Source of the DNA: Eledone cirrhosa | Lineage: Eukaryota | Direction of reading: 5' to 3' | DNA: 64,000 nucleotides | NCBI GenBank assembly: GCA_964016885.1 | Contig: OZ024745.1 | Location: forward strand, 39,804,001-39,868,000 | Shown: positions 1 through 15,938 of the stretch, in pieces | Position numbering within the stretch: position 1 is the stretch's first letter | Layout: every line of letters starts with the position of its first letter | Notes under the pieces: model-generated | Databases searched by the model: none | What the model saw: only the letters and a program-made list of their open reading frames with translations | What the model was told of the DNA's origin: nothing | Made by a program: the position numbers and the translations under genes

Positions 1-626
1 AACGCAGTCACAGCCCAGGTTTCACTACCAAGTAGTATCACACCTCGCACACCGTTGTCATACAGTTGTCCCTTTCTATATAATTATTTATGTTGTGTGT
101 CTGTGTGTCTGTGTATATGTCGATACATTACTGTACATTTACTTATGCATAAATATATACGTGTAATATAAACAGATACAGCATGATTACATATAGACAT
201 ATTTACGTAGATACATGCATACATATTAGATTTGTTGTTGATCCCAAGAGCAATGAATTCAACTTATTTGCTGAGGTTGAATGTCCCTGTCCAGCAGATG
301 TGAAGTTATTTCTGAAATTCTAATGAGAGAGAATATGTTGGATGAACTGCATTAAAAGCTAAGTTTATATAATTCTGACACCATACGCTACACTGGGTTA
401 ATAACTTTGAATAATCCTACGAATCTAACAAATGCTGGAGCGCTTAAAGAGCATAATACAAAAGATTGACTGGCAATAAGTTATCAATGTATAATCCATT
501 AGTCACACAGTGTAAATTTAACAATACATTTCACAAAGTTTTACCTTCATTGTCTTAATGAGAAACATATCGAGATTTACTGTCTGAACGCAGCCATACA
601 TATATACATGCAATAATTCAGGAATG

Positions 627-777
627 CCTACATGCATTCATTCATACATACATACGAACATAAATGCGTGCATACATACATTCATACATACATACATACA
701 TGCATACATACATACATACATACATACTATACATACATACATACATACATACATACATACATACATACATACATACA

Positions 778-811
<34 letters not shown>

Positions 812-822
812 CATGCATACAT
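627..822. repeat. (CATA)n microsatellite
   Basis: Near-perfect CATA run; it explains the HTYI-type spurious ORFs. Confidence 0.95.
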
Positions 823-999
823 AGTGGAAACCAACTCGTGTCCGAACAAGGCAAATTCTTAGAGAAAAGAAAACTTGTTATTGATGTTGCTGGTGCTGAT
901 GTCGCTTTAGATGTTTCAGCATGAACAGTGACTTACATGTCAAACCTCAGAGTGTGCATCTACAGTTTATGACTGATTGATGTAGCATGCATTGTGGGT

Positions 1000-1397
1000 C
1001 CATGTATGACTCCATGCAGAATGCCACACTTCGATACGTAGGCCATAATCAAGTTCAAGGGCCATGGATTACTACAAATGTGATATTTCCACAATTAATG
1101 TGGTATACGCAGCCTTAGAAGCCGAAACGTGAACATACATACATTCCCTCAACCCTCAGATGTAGGTGTTTCATTCGATCCCAATATAAATAGCTTCTTA
1201 CTTTATTTCAGCAAATACCTTTTGCTTCTTTTAACGCCGAAAGTAATGTGTTTTCGCCACTTGGAACTCTCTAGTGCAATATTTTTTCCATGTTTCGGTA
1301 TTGGTGTTGACCTTCTTCAGAGTATCATTCAGCTGGTCGTTAAAGCGCCTATCTGGCTTGCACTGCAAGCGTTTATCTTGTGACAATTCTCCATATA
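1000..1397 (-). mobile_element. Degenerate RTE-clade LINE 3' coding remnant
   Basis: Minus strand translates YGELSQDKRLQCKPDRRFNDQLNDTLKKVNTNTETWKNIALESSKWRKHI, resembling the RTE C-terminal YGEL..GKR...KRYKD.LK...WE..A.DR..WR pattern. It abuts (TA)n; the left boundary is approximate. Confidence 0.65.
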
Positions 1398-1466
<69 letters not shown>

Positions 1467-3039
1467 CGTGAGTATGTGTGATTGTGTGTGTGTGTGTTTG
1501 TTTGTGTGTGTGTGTGTGTACGTGATGTATATCGAATAATACACGGCATGTTTATGAAAAATATTTGAAAGTATTATGCTTTTAATTTTAAGGATCTAAC
1601 CAACACCACACATACCATCTCAGCAAAATGAATGGGAAGTTAACAGCAACGCGTTGCTTCCCGCCATTTTGCAGTTATCGAAACTACATATTTTGGAATT
1701 CCGAGTTTCACAAAAATTTCAACGCATAGCACTGTTCCATAATTTACTGCATCGCAAACGTAATAGAGGTTATAAATACGTTTGTGCATAAACAACAATA
1801 AATCACGAGAGACTCAATCGATTATGTTCTAGCAAGTATGTACGTGCAACGAAGGTCATAAGAAATACGACTGGTAGTACATTAGCTGGTAATACATTAA
1901 ACATTTAGTAACCTTCCTTTTGAGAGAAATACTAGTTTTGGGACAAGTACTATGTTTGTTCAAGCATTGCATTATAAAAAATGTGAACTCTTCCATATTA
2001 AAAAAAGATTCTAGGTTATATAAACTCTAGTGGCTTTCGAATTATGGATATGGCAGGTGAATTCAATTCTAGTTGAGATACCTATCGATGTTATATAATT
2101 TAAGGAAATGTATTGTCTATTTAAGAAATAATGTCCTTCCAGATATGTTTGAATTTGCGTCGAACCAGTAGTTACACATTTGCTTCAAACATTTCACCTG
2201 GAGAGATATATTTGAAGGATTTGAAAAAGAATTACGAAATCTAATCTATCATATGCAAGTCATACGCCAGTAGAGTAATATTTCATACATTTCAGTCAGG
2301 CCTAGACTTCAGGTATGGTAGTAACGTTTAAGCCAGTGTATCCAAACATCAGAATGTGAACTGAATATATGAAGCTTGAAACTTTGGTGATAAAATAAAT
2401 ATTAAACATTTGTTTAATTCAATAAATGGAACTCTATGAGGTTTCAGGACATACGCATATTAGTAACTCGAATAATTCTCCATGATTGATCCTCCTGCAA
2501 AATGAAAAACAGAATGGGTCTGAATAGGATATATTAGTCAAAATGCTGCAAAGCCTTTAATGAGATGTTAGCTCGAAAAGTGCTGAGAACAGAAACCACC
2601 AATAACTATCTATATATTAATATAGGTTCAATAGACCGCTTTACTCACCACAACACCGAATAATTATTCTATTGATCTATATTTAGAAAATAATATAAAT
2701 AATAATTACAATTCCCAAGAGACAAACAATATTTAAATGGCTACATAAAATCCAAGTATGTATAACATAATTTTTATGAGAAATTATGTTTACGTTGTAA
2801 ATTATATATAAATAGAACTAATTAAATAATACCGAACATTTACTGTATCACTTTGACAAAGACAGCTCCGCCAAATATAGCGTATCAATGACTTCAAAGA
2901 CAAACCTCTTGTCATTATATAAACATTTGTAAGAATACAATTCGACATAATTACATGCTCAGTATCTGCATATACTGTTAAACCAACTTAAATGGTAATT
3001 TTGTATCCTTAATTTTAGATTTATTCATATGTTTCTATA

Positions 3040-3130
3040 TATAGAAGAGTTGGCTGAAAAGTTCTTAGGCAGACCAAGATACTCTCATGGAATGACGAAA
3101 TGAAGTTTATTTTTCAACCTAATCCCTGGA
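3040..3130 (-). mobile_element. Mariner/Tc1 terminal remnant
   Basis: GAGTTGGCTGAAAAGTTC after TA resembles a mariner TIR. The minus strand reads RD*VEK*, like the GDYVEK* transposase end. Confidence 0.5.
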
Positions 3131-6100
3131 AAGCATGAATGTGCTTTATGTTTCTGCAGTTAATATAAAATTGTCTAAGACGTCTGTATCATTAGATGAA
3201 TGTTATTGTGATGGCCACGGCACTGATATATTATGCATTTTTGTATTGTTGTCTTTCTTCTAACGTGAATTTATATGCTCTCTTTCTGATTACATTTACT
3301 CATAATTCCATGACTATATTCATTTTAGATGTTATCTAGTGCATTTTATTAACAAAATAATGTAAATACCGTTATATAATTATGATAAAATATATCACAA
3401 ATATTTAATTCGGGTCAAAATGCGAAACTCCATATAGGATACTAAATCTGATCTTTGACATTGACAAGATGCTAAACACTAAAGTTGCATTCAGCTCAGA
3501 GACAAGAAGTTACTAAGAATTCCATTCCTTCGATAGAAGCACTTTCAATCAAATTGACCTTGACGTCCTAAGAAAATATTATCTCCTCGTACTTTTAAGT
3601 TTTATTATATAATCATTGTAATGTACTGGGTTTTTTCAATATTTCTTTTAGTCATTGACTATATTTTGTTACTGCTATACAAGTCTCTGATGCTGCTAAT
3701 GTTAAATCTGATATTAGTGGTTGTCCTTTTCTGTTTACTCATTTCTTTCATGTGTCTCGAGGAATTATAATATTGCCTGCTAGAAAGACAAAGTCTTCTT
3801 TTCATTTGTGAAAATCTAATTATTGCTTTCAGTAAGAAGTTAGCTCTGTGCACCGGAGGTGATGGTATGAAGTCGTGATTATTATTTTGAAGAGAATGTC
3901 TTCACTATACTGGCTGCCCTTCACTCGTCAACATGATTTCTCAAATGGTTTAAGAATGTGCATTAAACGAACGAACGGCAATTTATGTAAATTATGTTTA
4001 TTTAATTTAGTTGAAATACTGCATCGTGTTTCAGTGTAGCATTGTAGCAAATCGACTGTTGGGACACACGGACACACAAACACACACACACATGCACAAT
4101 ACACACACAGAAGTATTTACAGACACACATACATAAACACACATGTATATTCACACGGACAGCGTTATAGTATATACAATTCGCTTGTGTTTGCGGCCAA
4201 TTTACCGCCTTCTGTTTTCTATCAAAGGTATACTTCTATGATACGCCTATGTATGACCAATAAGATTACAAATATTTTAATAGGATTACATTCAATCGGT
4301 ACTTGTATGTTGAATATAATATAACTGTCTGAAGGCTGTTTAGACGAAACGTAGATATAGATTATATAAGCTTATATTCTTAATACCCTGGAAAATATAA
4401 CGTACGTAATACAATTTTACACTTGAATCTATTCATACCTATCATTTGACTAAAAGTTTAATTAGTTTTAAACACACGTTATCAGAATCACAGTGGCCAT
4501 AAATAGTAGAACGTTTGAGAAAATAACTAATCGTAGATTTATCCACATATAAAAGTATCGTTGATGTAGACACATAACGCATGATATCACTTTATTTGCA
4601 CTATACATTGTGATAGGTAAATTGCAACTTAATATATATTATTGTATAAATGCATATATTGTACATTATATAATAACTATAACATACGTTATAATGAAGA
4701 TCATGTAATGTTTTCATGTTTCAAAAAAAAAAACCCCCAAAAACACGAAAATAGTCAATCGTTGTATGATCTTGAGGTGCTGAATTGGAGTGGTCATAAA
4801 AGCGTTTTAATAAAAATCTCAAAAATGCCTACTTTATGTTGTTTAAGAACAACACCCAGACCATCGGTAACTTTCTCGCAGTTCACTATGATGCGAAGCA
4901 TTTCAGCAGCATAATTCCATCCTGCTCTATTACATGATGTGTTAACCCTGAATATGTCTCAGGCATAGCTGTTTCCGTCCTGGTTAAGGGATGAGAATCC
5001 TCCAAAACGAATGCAAATAGAATTATGATATATAAACTTCTATAAAAGAAGTGCGTTCAATTAATTGTTTATACCCTTTAATATTTCCACTGAGTCAGTG
5101 ATGTTTTGTGCCGATAAAATTCTATATAAGAATCCATGATATACTATATTAATTTCATTTTTATTTCATTAACTGTATTAATAATTATTAATATATTCCT
5201 GTATAATCACAATATGACTTACAGTCTTCTGTATGGCAACAATTCTCATATATAACTCTATGTGCGAATGTTTGATTGCCAACTCATGTTTCATAGGAAG
5301 CAACTATAATACAAACATAATGAAAATGATTATGTAGTTTGATAAGTATATTATGTTCAATAGTGAGATGACGTTAGTATTAAAACTTGTATGGAAGGAG
5401 CTTACGCCAGGCAATTTGTATACTAGCAATGAAGGTAGATGCAACTCAAATATGTACAGTGATTATAGTGCCATATTAAATATCAGCTATTAAGAGGCTA
5501 TAAAGACTATTGTTGATGTTATAGTGTTGACGTTGCATCTTTCCCGCACTAAGACATAGAAAAACCAGTCTTACATCGTTTCCAAAAATGGCGCGCATTG
5601 ATTTCGCATTGCGTTGAGCCAGGTATTAGGAGTCTAATGCGTAGGCTAATGTGTGATGTTTTGTGTTTGAGCAATTAACATGTAACACTGAAAATCCCCT
5701 GAATTTATATCCTTCGTATTATATGTCATGAGTTTCCTTATCTTAGTTTTTTGCTAGTTCATTCTATTAACCGAATATTGTTATGATCGCTGTATGATTA
5801 TGATAAACATTACACATGTTTGATTCAGGACAAATTCCAAAACGCGAAATAGGTTACTAAATATGTTACTTCGGCCTTAGATTGAAAGATTCGACATGTG
5901 GTGCCGTAGGTTTTCCCTTGATAATAAAGGCAATATATATTTATGCATATTTGTTAGGCGTACTTTCAATTTATCTTTTAGTAAACGACGGAAATTCTGC
6001 CCTAGTTTTGGAGAGGTATTATGAGTATCTCTGCTCATTTCTCGTTGTTAAAAGAAAATCAGAACCTCCATCAATAGTGGTTGTTCTTAGTCACGAAGCT

Positions 6101-7050
6101 GTGCTAAGCTGATTTCGTTTCTGGGTATTTAACCGTGTTAAAATCGGCATATTTTCAGCGCGAGCAACCGCAGAACAATATTACGTAGCTTTTTTTTCAT
6201 TTTGCTGCGTGAATGTGTTTGTGTGTGTGTGTGTGTGTGAGTTTGTATGTGTAGGTTGTTGTAGTTGTGTGTGGCATCACCTTATGCTGCCTTAACACTC
6301 GCCATGTTGTTGAAGTTAATATAATTGTTTTCTAGTAAAAAAGGTCATTATTTCTGTGTGACTTGTTCACATTTTGCTGTGTAATCAAGCATTTTTAATG
6401 ATTATTTTAGGAAAGAGTGTCGATTTTGGTGGCTGGTTGCTCAGGCAGGAACAGCTATATTAAAAAAAGCGTAGACAAACGAAAATATAATTATGTCTTA
6501 AATCAAACTTTTGAACCCACATCAGGTGTAAAGGCAAAATCCTAACTTTCGTACCACTCCCCAGGCGAAATTCTTCACTATTTCTTTGGCGGATATACAA
6601 TTGTGTATGAGAGTCAGTTAAAGAGCACTCGCAAGGTTCAATATGGTGAATTATCATTGCTAGAAGTGTTCAAATGTTTGATAAGCTAGTATTACTATCT
6701 AGTTGAATAGCCATCATACAGTGCAATGCTAGTGATCGGTTAGCCAAATTGTCATGTGTGAATTGGATAGTAAACTTAGATTTTTAGTCGTAATACTAAT
6801 CACTTATATATAAGGTTCTATAAATACGAAGTTACATACGTATAATCTATAACCGGCACTGAATATATAAGAAAGCTTAATTGAAGTCTATTATCTATGA
6901 GATTGTTGCCTATGTTTAATTTGTAGGAAGATAGGCACATAATTTTAATTCTTTATTTAAGAGTAATTGAAGCATACAAACTCACACACAAATGCACGAT
7001 GCAAAGATTAATAAATCTCATTCATATATTATTACTTGTCCTTAGATAAT

Positions 7051-7225
7051 AATTGTTTCTACATTTGGCACAAGGCTAGCAATTATTCAGTGTATTATTG
7101 GTGCTTTATTTTATCAACCCCGTAAGGATGAAAGCCTAAATTAACCTCGGCGGTATTTGAACTCATATCGTAAAGGGGCGTAACTCTATGCTGTAAATCA
7201 TGGCGTCCGACCCTCTACCAATACT
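7051..7225 (-). mobile_element. tRNA-derived SINE (family A)
   Basis: Shares the core TTTATTTTATCAACCCCGTAAGGATGAAAG...AACCTCGGCGGTATTTGAACTC with about 9 other copies in the window; B box on the minus strand. Confidence 0.85.
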
Positions 7226-7510
7226 AATGCGAATAAAATGAATAAAGTTAAATCATACAAACTTATTAGGTATATAAATGTATGAAAGGATAGGAAGATC
7301 ACTGGTATGAGTCACGAAACATTTCTGCCACAGTACAATTTACAGGCCAACAGATGTGTACAAGAGAGATAATTACAGGTTGTAATTAATAGGACAATTA
7401 GATGTACAATTTCTATTTTGGGGAGGGGCTGATTGATGTTTGGGTCAAAAGAGGCAATTCAATTTTTATCAGAATAGAAAATATATATATATCATCCATA
7501 CACCACCTAA

Positions 7511-7547
<37 letters not shown>

Positions 7548-7609
7548 CACATGAAAAAAGAGAATAAATGTTGCGACGAATGGAATTTATTGGACATATT
7601 ACAATCGTT

Positions 7610-7658
<49 letters not shown>

Positions 7659-8324
7659 AGTATATATATATATATAAGTGGAAGCTTAGTAAAATCGAAG
7701 TTTTGGCTGTGGCCAAGCAAAGTCGTCATACAATGAGGAATGAATAGCAAAGCACTCAATAAGGGTAGATCCTTAGAGTTTAAACAGCTTGACAAATTGA
7801 AAATTGCGGTAGGCAAAACCCAACCATACAATACCAAAACAACGAAAGAACTAATCAGGTTGAAAACAGATCTGGACAGATCGGACGATATTATGCAATA
7901 CGTCCGATATGTTTCTCTGAATCCGAAATCATCTAACTGACTTACGTAACACGTAAGCTTGTAGTATTCCATGATCAAACAGGGGATTCATTTCATCAAC
8001 ATTCATTCCGTTCTATTGCCTCAAACTGGTGCGTACAAACTAAATGCGACTGCCACAACAGACAGCCTTCACACATTTCGTTGTCACGTGTTATTACCAA
8101 CGAGAGAAGCAATCCCCGATTGTTGGCGGATAAATTCAAATTGTTAACAAAGGAAAAAATGTTTCCGCTCAACATTCCGAATATGTATATATATATATAC
8201 AGTATATATATATATATATATTTTTTTTTTTTCCGTACGATCGACTTTCGTCAAATCGGACCGAGGAAACAATGTTTCCGTTGGTATTTCCATTTGCTAA
8301 TACTATCTATCGGTCGCAACTCCA

Positions 8325-8446
8325 GGTAGAAGGAGCAACGTGAAATAAAGTGTCTTGCTCAAGGGCATAACGCATCGCCTGGACGAGGAGTTGAACTCAC
8401 AACCTCACGATTGCGAATCCAATTCTCTAACCACTCAGCCACACGC
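8325..8446 (-). mobile_element. tRNA-derived CORE-like SINE (family B)
   Basis: Minus strand has A box GTGGCTGAGTGGTTAG and B box GAGTTCAACTCC; AAGTGTCTTGCTCAAGG resembles the CORE/MIR domain. Confidence 0.75.
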
Positions 8447-8500
8447 TGTATATATATATAGAGAGAGAGATAGATAGATATATAGATATAGATATATATA

Positions 8501-9080
8501 TAATGTATTTTTAACTCTGATACTGGTTCAGTCTGGTTCAACCGGATTGGTCTGTCCCAGTCATTCATTGAGCGACATCGGTGAAGTTGGCACCCTTAAC
8601 TCACGGTTGGGTGCGGGTGCATTCATGTCTATGTGTGTGTCCGTATGTATCTGTGTGTTTCTAAATATATTGTTAATAACAATCTTTGAAGTGTCGGGAC
8701 TGCTGGAAAGCTTCCATTACTCATACTTCTCCCCTCCTTCACCCCCTCTTCTACGGCTTCGATATAAATACCCCCTCCGCCTCCGTGGTATTTTCTTCGG
8801 GGTTATAAGAGGCTTAGCTCTGTTTCTCGACCGTTATATCGCGTGACTATCTCCCCCTCCGCCTTTTGGGATTCTTTCTCACGTCGTGTAGACGCGTTCT
8901 TGAGACTAGTAAAATGAGGTATCCTCTTGATAAGTCGGCAGACCTCGCAAGGACTCTATATCTTTATGATGTATTGTTTTTGTTTATGCCACGAAACTAC
9001 GTAGTCGAGGAATCTAGGAGCAGTTTAGGTATGATACATTTTATTACTAATTATATCTAAATGTTTCTTCTCTCTTCATA

Positions 9081-9085
<5 letters not shown>
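8501..9085 (+). mobile_element. 578-bp hammerhead-bearing repeat unit (retrozyme/pLTR-like)
   Basis: Bounded by TA tracts with terminal redundancy TAATGTA (8501 and 9079). A second copy at 9511-9714 joins its end to its start. Confidence 0.7.
8922..9011 (+). ncRNA. Degenerate type I hammerhead ribozyme
   Basis: Stem I TCCTC/GAGGA; core TTGATAA (2 changes from CUGAUGA); stem II GTcGGCA...TGCCAC; GAAA; palindromic helix III ACTACGTAGT; GUC site at 9004-9006. Confidence 0.65.
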
Positions 9086-9125
<40 letters not shown>

Positions 9126-9278
9126 AGACGTAAGATAAGAAAATAATAAAAAAATTATCAAATTGACTTACTTACTAAAATATCACTTCCAACTAATTAG
9201 TTTCTGGAATGGAGTAAATATATTTTCCGAAGAATATATAGAAAAGCATGCTTTTCTATATATATATATATATACACA

Positions 9279-9865
<587 letters not shown>

Positions 9866-10710
9866 GAATATGAACGGTCAATTTTTCGAAGACATTAGCG
9901 TGACGACTATGTGTTCCTAGTTTCTGCGTTTTACGTTCAATTCCCGATGTTATCTGATTTACCTTTCACCCTTTCAGGATAGAAGACGTTAGCAACATCC
10001 CAATACTGGCGCAGCCATTTCCTGCAATCCCCCATATCGTGGATGGTTGGCCCTGTCAAATGTGGGAAGGACGAATGTGACCATATCTGCTCGCGACTGC
10101 AGAGACAATTAACGAAATCAAGGAACACACAGAGAAGTCATAGTTTATCTTGGGTGATGGCTGTAGAAATAGTTTGTGCTTATGGCTAAGAATAACACTA
10201 ATCCATAGGCTCAAGGAATCAATGATGGTAATTCTAAAAAGAAACAGAAAATATACAACCAGACAACATTCTATATTTAATTTTTAATGTTCAACTATTT
10301 ACGACAATTCTTGCTACATTGATGTATATAGCGCTTTCACTGAGGAAATAATTGCATTTTGGAAATGGTAATATCTGCCATCTTGCAATCATGTTTTCAC
10401 TTAAAAATAACAAAATAAAACGAAAAATTTGTCGCAAAAATTGCAGATAAATAAATTAAATTTCCATTATTAAATGCAATTAAAGCAAACACTTGTAGTA
10501 AAATGCTGCAGATTTAGTGTAACTTTTCCAATACAATCACTTAATGGATTATGGAAAATTAAAGTTTACCAAACTATCGAACAATATGAGAAATTCAAAA
10601 TTCATAAACAAATACTTTTGATATTGTCTATCCTATTAATTTTGAAATGGAAAAAAAGGAATGTATATATATATAAATATATATATATATATAAATATAT
10701 ATATATATAA

Positions 10711-10843
<133 letters not shown>

Positions 10844-11899
10844 AATATGTATACATATCCAGATGCGTGAGTGTGCGGTGGGGGTTAGGATGTTGGGTGC
10901 TGTTGATGCTAAGCTCAATAGATGTATATTGTATCATTATTTAACGAGATTTCGATTGAGAAAAATATGGTTCATTGCTGATTTTTGTAACATTTAACTA
11001 TTTTTGGTTTCTAAAGCTTTCTTATATGCGTATTTGTTTCTAAAGTATCCTAATATGCGTTTTTTTGTATATTATATTTACATTCTTGGTTTATCCCTGG
11101 GTTTTTAACCTGAATTTACCAAGAACTGGGAGACCATTATTTTCCTGTAGCTTCTATCATCAACTCTATGTTGATTTCGAAGATAATCGTGCAGGTTTAG
11201 CTCCTTCTCTGTAAGATATTTTGAAAAGATGAATTTCCCTTTGTGATTGCTGCAGCTGCTGTATATACTACTTCGTCCATGGTTTATATTTGGTATGACA
11301 CGTTTTCACTTCTTTTATAGTAGCCCAGTCTTTGCCTGTTCTCTTGTTGTTATTATTGTTTGCGGATAATCTGTATCGCTGCAGTGTAAAATATATTTAT
11401 CAATGTTTATTGTACCATTTAATTTATCGTCATATTGAACGTTTTCCACAGTGGAACAATTCTAATTTTAAATCCGTTCTATATTTATATGTGTGTGTGT
11501 TCTTATGATGCTAGTTGTCGCACCCTTTCTTGGTATCATTTATTATGTTAAATAGGTTTATGAAATTATGTTACGAAAGGGTTACATTATAAATACAAAG
11601 GACGTTACTTTGTCGTATGGCAATGTGCTCGACTCAAGCTAATTTGGATAGTGTGTGTATTTTTCGGTTTTGATATTGCATTTCTATTTTACCTTCGATT
11701 AGATTTATCGTTGTACGTTACGTTGATATTTCAATAGAAATATACATTCATTACTGCATTTTTGTTTCGTTTTCAATAGTAAATTCCATGTAGTTAAATT
11801 CCATTCCATAAATGTATAAATAAAAGGGACTATCATATATTAATCTTGCAATCAGTATAAAAACATATTCCGAGGCAAGCAGGAGTTTGTGATTACGCA

Positions 11900-12130
11900 A
11901 ATATAATGTCTGGTAGGTAATTAATGTAGGCATTATGATCATCTTTAAATTTCGCGATCATGGCTTCGCATTTCTGAGTTGCTAAAGAGCCACACAAATC
12001 ATCGATGAACCAATGGTCTCTACCTTCTAATGCCGAAGCAGTTGCACCAGTGGTGGGAATACTTATAGGGAAACGACGCTGCTTACATAACCGTGGTCAT
12101 ATACTACAAGGCTGCCTGTCTCCATGATAT
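11900..12130 (+). mobile_element. Possible highly decayed Helitron Rep fragment
   Basis: LPSNAEAVAPVVGILIGKRRCLHNRGHILQG loosely resembles Helitron PT..EVA.++VG...GKRDIVL....LQRI; a weak match. Confidence 0.3.
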
Positions 12131-13349
12131 CAGTAGCAATTGTATTATGATATTACCCGAGATTTCATTAAAAGGCAATCAATACTTCAAGTCGATCATC
12201 AAAAATAGTATACCAATCACCTATCTAATATAGATATACCAAATAAGTCAAGATTTTAAAATGCATAATGCATCAGAAAAGCGTATATTTTACTGCACAA
12301 CAATTTATAGTGTTATTTCTCCTTATGGAAATGTTCTTGATCAAATATCGACCGTTCCTTAATTCTAGATACACATACCCTTCAAGCAGCTGTCCTCTTG
12401 ATTTGTTTATGTATATGAAGGTTATATGAAGATTAATATCTGATAGTCCCTTTTATGTATGGTATTTATTCATCGACAGCCATTAACAGATCGGATAAAA
12501 TTCTCAGTTGCCTAACATCGTAATACAGAATTTCCTTTATGTATATGACAGAGTGTATTCCGATCATATATATACTCGAACATAATATCAATGATTTGAG
12601 GTGTCCGTATATAATTAATGCTTAATCTATTTCTACTCAGTGATATGTATATGTGGCGTAATTGACAGGACTGTAGCTAATCTAGATATATTCTCATCCT
12701 GTTTTGAACCAGTGTGTCAGTTTTGTTTTCTTTCCCTGTACTATTCAATGCGCGTTAAAATATCAATCTCGCATTTCTTAAGTATTTCCTTTTACAAATA
12801 CTTCCGTTCAAAGCGTTCTAAATTCAATGCAGTATTGATTAAGAATCCGAACAATACATTTATCAGATAATCGATTAAAGAAATGACCAATCAATTGGTT
12901 GTTATGTCGAAGTGTATTATCACTCATTGTTAAATACTCGACCAAATGTACACTTGTCTTGATTCAAGAAATATTCATAAACAGAGGATGAATGTGTACA
13001 TCAGTCGTGATATTGTGTTAAAGAAATCAATATGATAAGACGTATGTGGATCATATTATACATTTTAAAAGAAAGAAATATGTATAAGGAAGGACTGGAT
13101 AGTTATTCATAATTCCTATTTTTTTTCATCATATGATATAACAGCAACCTCATTATCCTTGACGCTCGAGTGTCGGAAAGATATGATTTCACAGACAAAT
13201 ACATTCCTCCCAAATTCGAACTCGACATGAACAACTTTATGAAAAAATATAAGAATCGCCTTTATTAAATGGACTATACACCAATATTTAAGGACGAGGT
13301 AGTTTCATCTTATTATTCATCCATTTTCGGCGGCTACGTCAGGGATATG

Positions 13350-14290
13350 GAGTTGCCAAGTTGTTCCGGAAACCTCTGGATCTTGCAATACGGACAATAT
13401 TCCTGAAAACATAGGGTAAGTTTGTGATGCTGGGCGTGACCAGCAATGAAGAGCATAACTTCAGACTTGTAGCCTTCTATGATTCGTCAGATGCACGACT
13501 AACTTGTTTCTTCAGATGACTGGCAAACCTTCTAGGAACGTCTCGCTCTTTTGTCTTAGTGGGCAATTGGAAGAGTATCTTAGATGCAGGCTGGAATGTG
13601 TAGGACAAGGTGATAAGGGACAGGGTGGAAAAGCTTAACAAACGAGCTCAGATGCTACGAAATGTCTGAGAGGTACCGACTTTATTTTCCGAATACGCCA
13701 GTGGGGGCATTGACAATTCGCATCGGATCATCAAGATCGTATCTAGATAGGGTATTCTGTAGGGAAATACACAGGGATATCATAGGTTTTCTACAATTTG
13801 AAATAGTGGAATACACAGACCACATATTTGAATAGAATAGTAGATATAGACAGGCTCCATAAGCAAGGACCCGGTTAGTGAAAACTGCACGCCTCCTCCC
13901 CAACGCGCAGAGCCCACAGAGCCTCAATTAGTGAATTAGTTAAGCGGGCGTTGAAGGGGGCAATCATCAATAACAAGTAGTTGAAAAAGGCGGTTAGAGT
14001 TGAATCGATAAGGTTTATCACAGCCATAATAATAGAGAAAACTAGAGTAGAGGGATAGGTAGCTAAAATAAAACTACAGACACAATTAGCAAAGACATCG
14101 GAACCGTCGTATTTATGGCAAGATTGTCCCTTCACCAATTTGTCAATGCTGCGTGGTTAGAGCTACGGCGAGTGTTCTTAAACACAAGGGGACAAAAGCT
14201 GTTCAATGGACCTCGGTGGTGAAGCTGCGGCGTGGCACACATCTACAATCCGATTATTGGAACACCATGACAGTCAGGTAATACTTGATC
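13350..14290 (+). mobile_element. Old Tx1/L1-clade ORF2 endonuclease fragment
   Basis: Translates FFR*LANLLGTSRSFVLVGNWKSILDA...MSERYRLYFPNTPV...SRSYLDRVF and KHKGTKAVQW, collinear with ORF2 of the element at 49570-54590; many stops and frameshifts. Confidence 0.75.
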
Positions 14291-15603
14291 TTAAGCACAT
14301 ACGTGCGGCTTTTCAGCTGACACTGTACACATTTTCCCTTCTATTTCCAAATATCTAACATAAAACCTATTGGCTTCCTTCAATTCATGTGGTTGCTTTT
14401 ATGGCCCATCCCTCAAAAGGACACTCAATATATCATATAAAATCTGTACATTACTAAGTGTCAAAGCACTCATCTACACTAGGCAGCTATTGAGCTGAGC
14501 CATTGATATTGAATTAGCGATTATATATTTAGTTGTTATTGCAAGCATTGTCTGCTTATATTGCATGAAGAAAATAAACACGCTTGGATTTGCTTTTTAG
14601 ATCCAGCATTAATGATATAAAATAACAAACGCTTATCCATCGATAGGCCGAAACACATTCTTGTAAATAAATCAGTTCCCGAAATTGAATAATCTGAGGC
14701 ATGGAATTCTATTCTTCTTCTCTTATTTGAAGTCCTATTCCCAAGCCAACTCCAAATTTTAAAACATTATGATAATTCATTCAAGAAGAATGGGGCGAAC
14801 TAAAATTCATCCGAAAAATATCACTAGTCTCAATTCACGAGAATAGAATTATAAACTAACAGAATATATAGATGTTTATCTTGTAAAAAATAGTGTCGCT
14901 TTTAATGGTTAATATTCCTGCTAATAACATTCTGAGCTGAACTATTTTGATTTGAATTTCGTTTTGCCAACCTAATAACCTAAATATTGTAGTAATGTAT
15001 ATGACTCTCTGAACCTTTCGACGGACAAAGTGCCTATTAACATTGAAACAATAAATTGCAAACGAAAAATCGAATAAGATCATAAATTATTTTCGGATCA
15101 TTCGTATTTAGAATCTTGTTTTCTGACAAATCTCCCGTTCGTAATGTCTCAGACCTTTCAGCAACAGCAATGAGAAATACACGTAATTACAAATAAAGGC
15201 GACACAGAAGTTGTTTTTACATACTGGATGCTATATACCATTGGACACAAGAAAACACAATTCTTCATTGTAACAGAAGTTTATGTTCAGTTGATGGGAA
15301 ATAAGATTTCACTGAATTTTTCTAAATCACATCAAAGGAAAGTAACATGAATCGCTCGGAGTCAGTTCAAGATTTAGAAAGAAATCATGTTTAGTGTTGT
15401 TACAGGCTTAACAGACAATAGCGTTCTATCATTATTTTATTCGTATAGTACCAGGTGAAGTTTTGTGAACTTTCTCTTATAAATATTGCCAGCAATAGTG
15501 ACTAGATGTAGAGCAGGTTCTCAACGGCCATTTCATCCTATCATTAAAAATCTTAGCAATATTGTTTATCAACAGATATCTCTCTTTCTCTCTGACTTTC
15601 TAC

Positions 15604-15681
<78 letters not shown>

Positions 15682-15684
<3 letters not shown>

Positions 15685-15938
15685 AAGAAATTAAAAGATG
15701 GTTAAAAAAGTTCCATGTATTTTATTATGCGCATTTCAAAAACAAATATCATTCTGGGATGATATTTGCGTTCCCATCAGATAAAATAGGGAGGCATGAT
15801 ATGATGCTTAAAAAAACACTTGTTAACAAGGTAGAATCTAATCATTCTGATTCTACCTTGTTAACAAGTGTTTTTTTTTAACATAATAATGCGCATAATA
15901 AAATAGATGGAACTTTTTTAACCATCTTTTAATTTCTT

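Noticed and set aside
2450-2510. Possible minus-strand micro-exon (TTTTGCAG acceptor, GTATGT donor)
   Set aside because: Isolated splice-like signals with no supporting coding context.
7900-7945. Minus-strand TAGATGA...GAAACATATC hammerhead candidate
   Set aside because: Too many core and stem mismatches.
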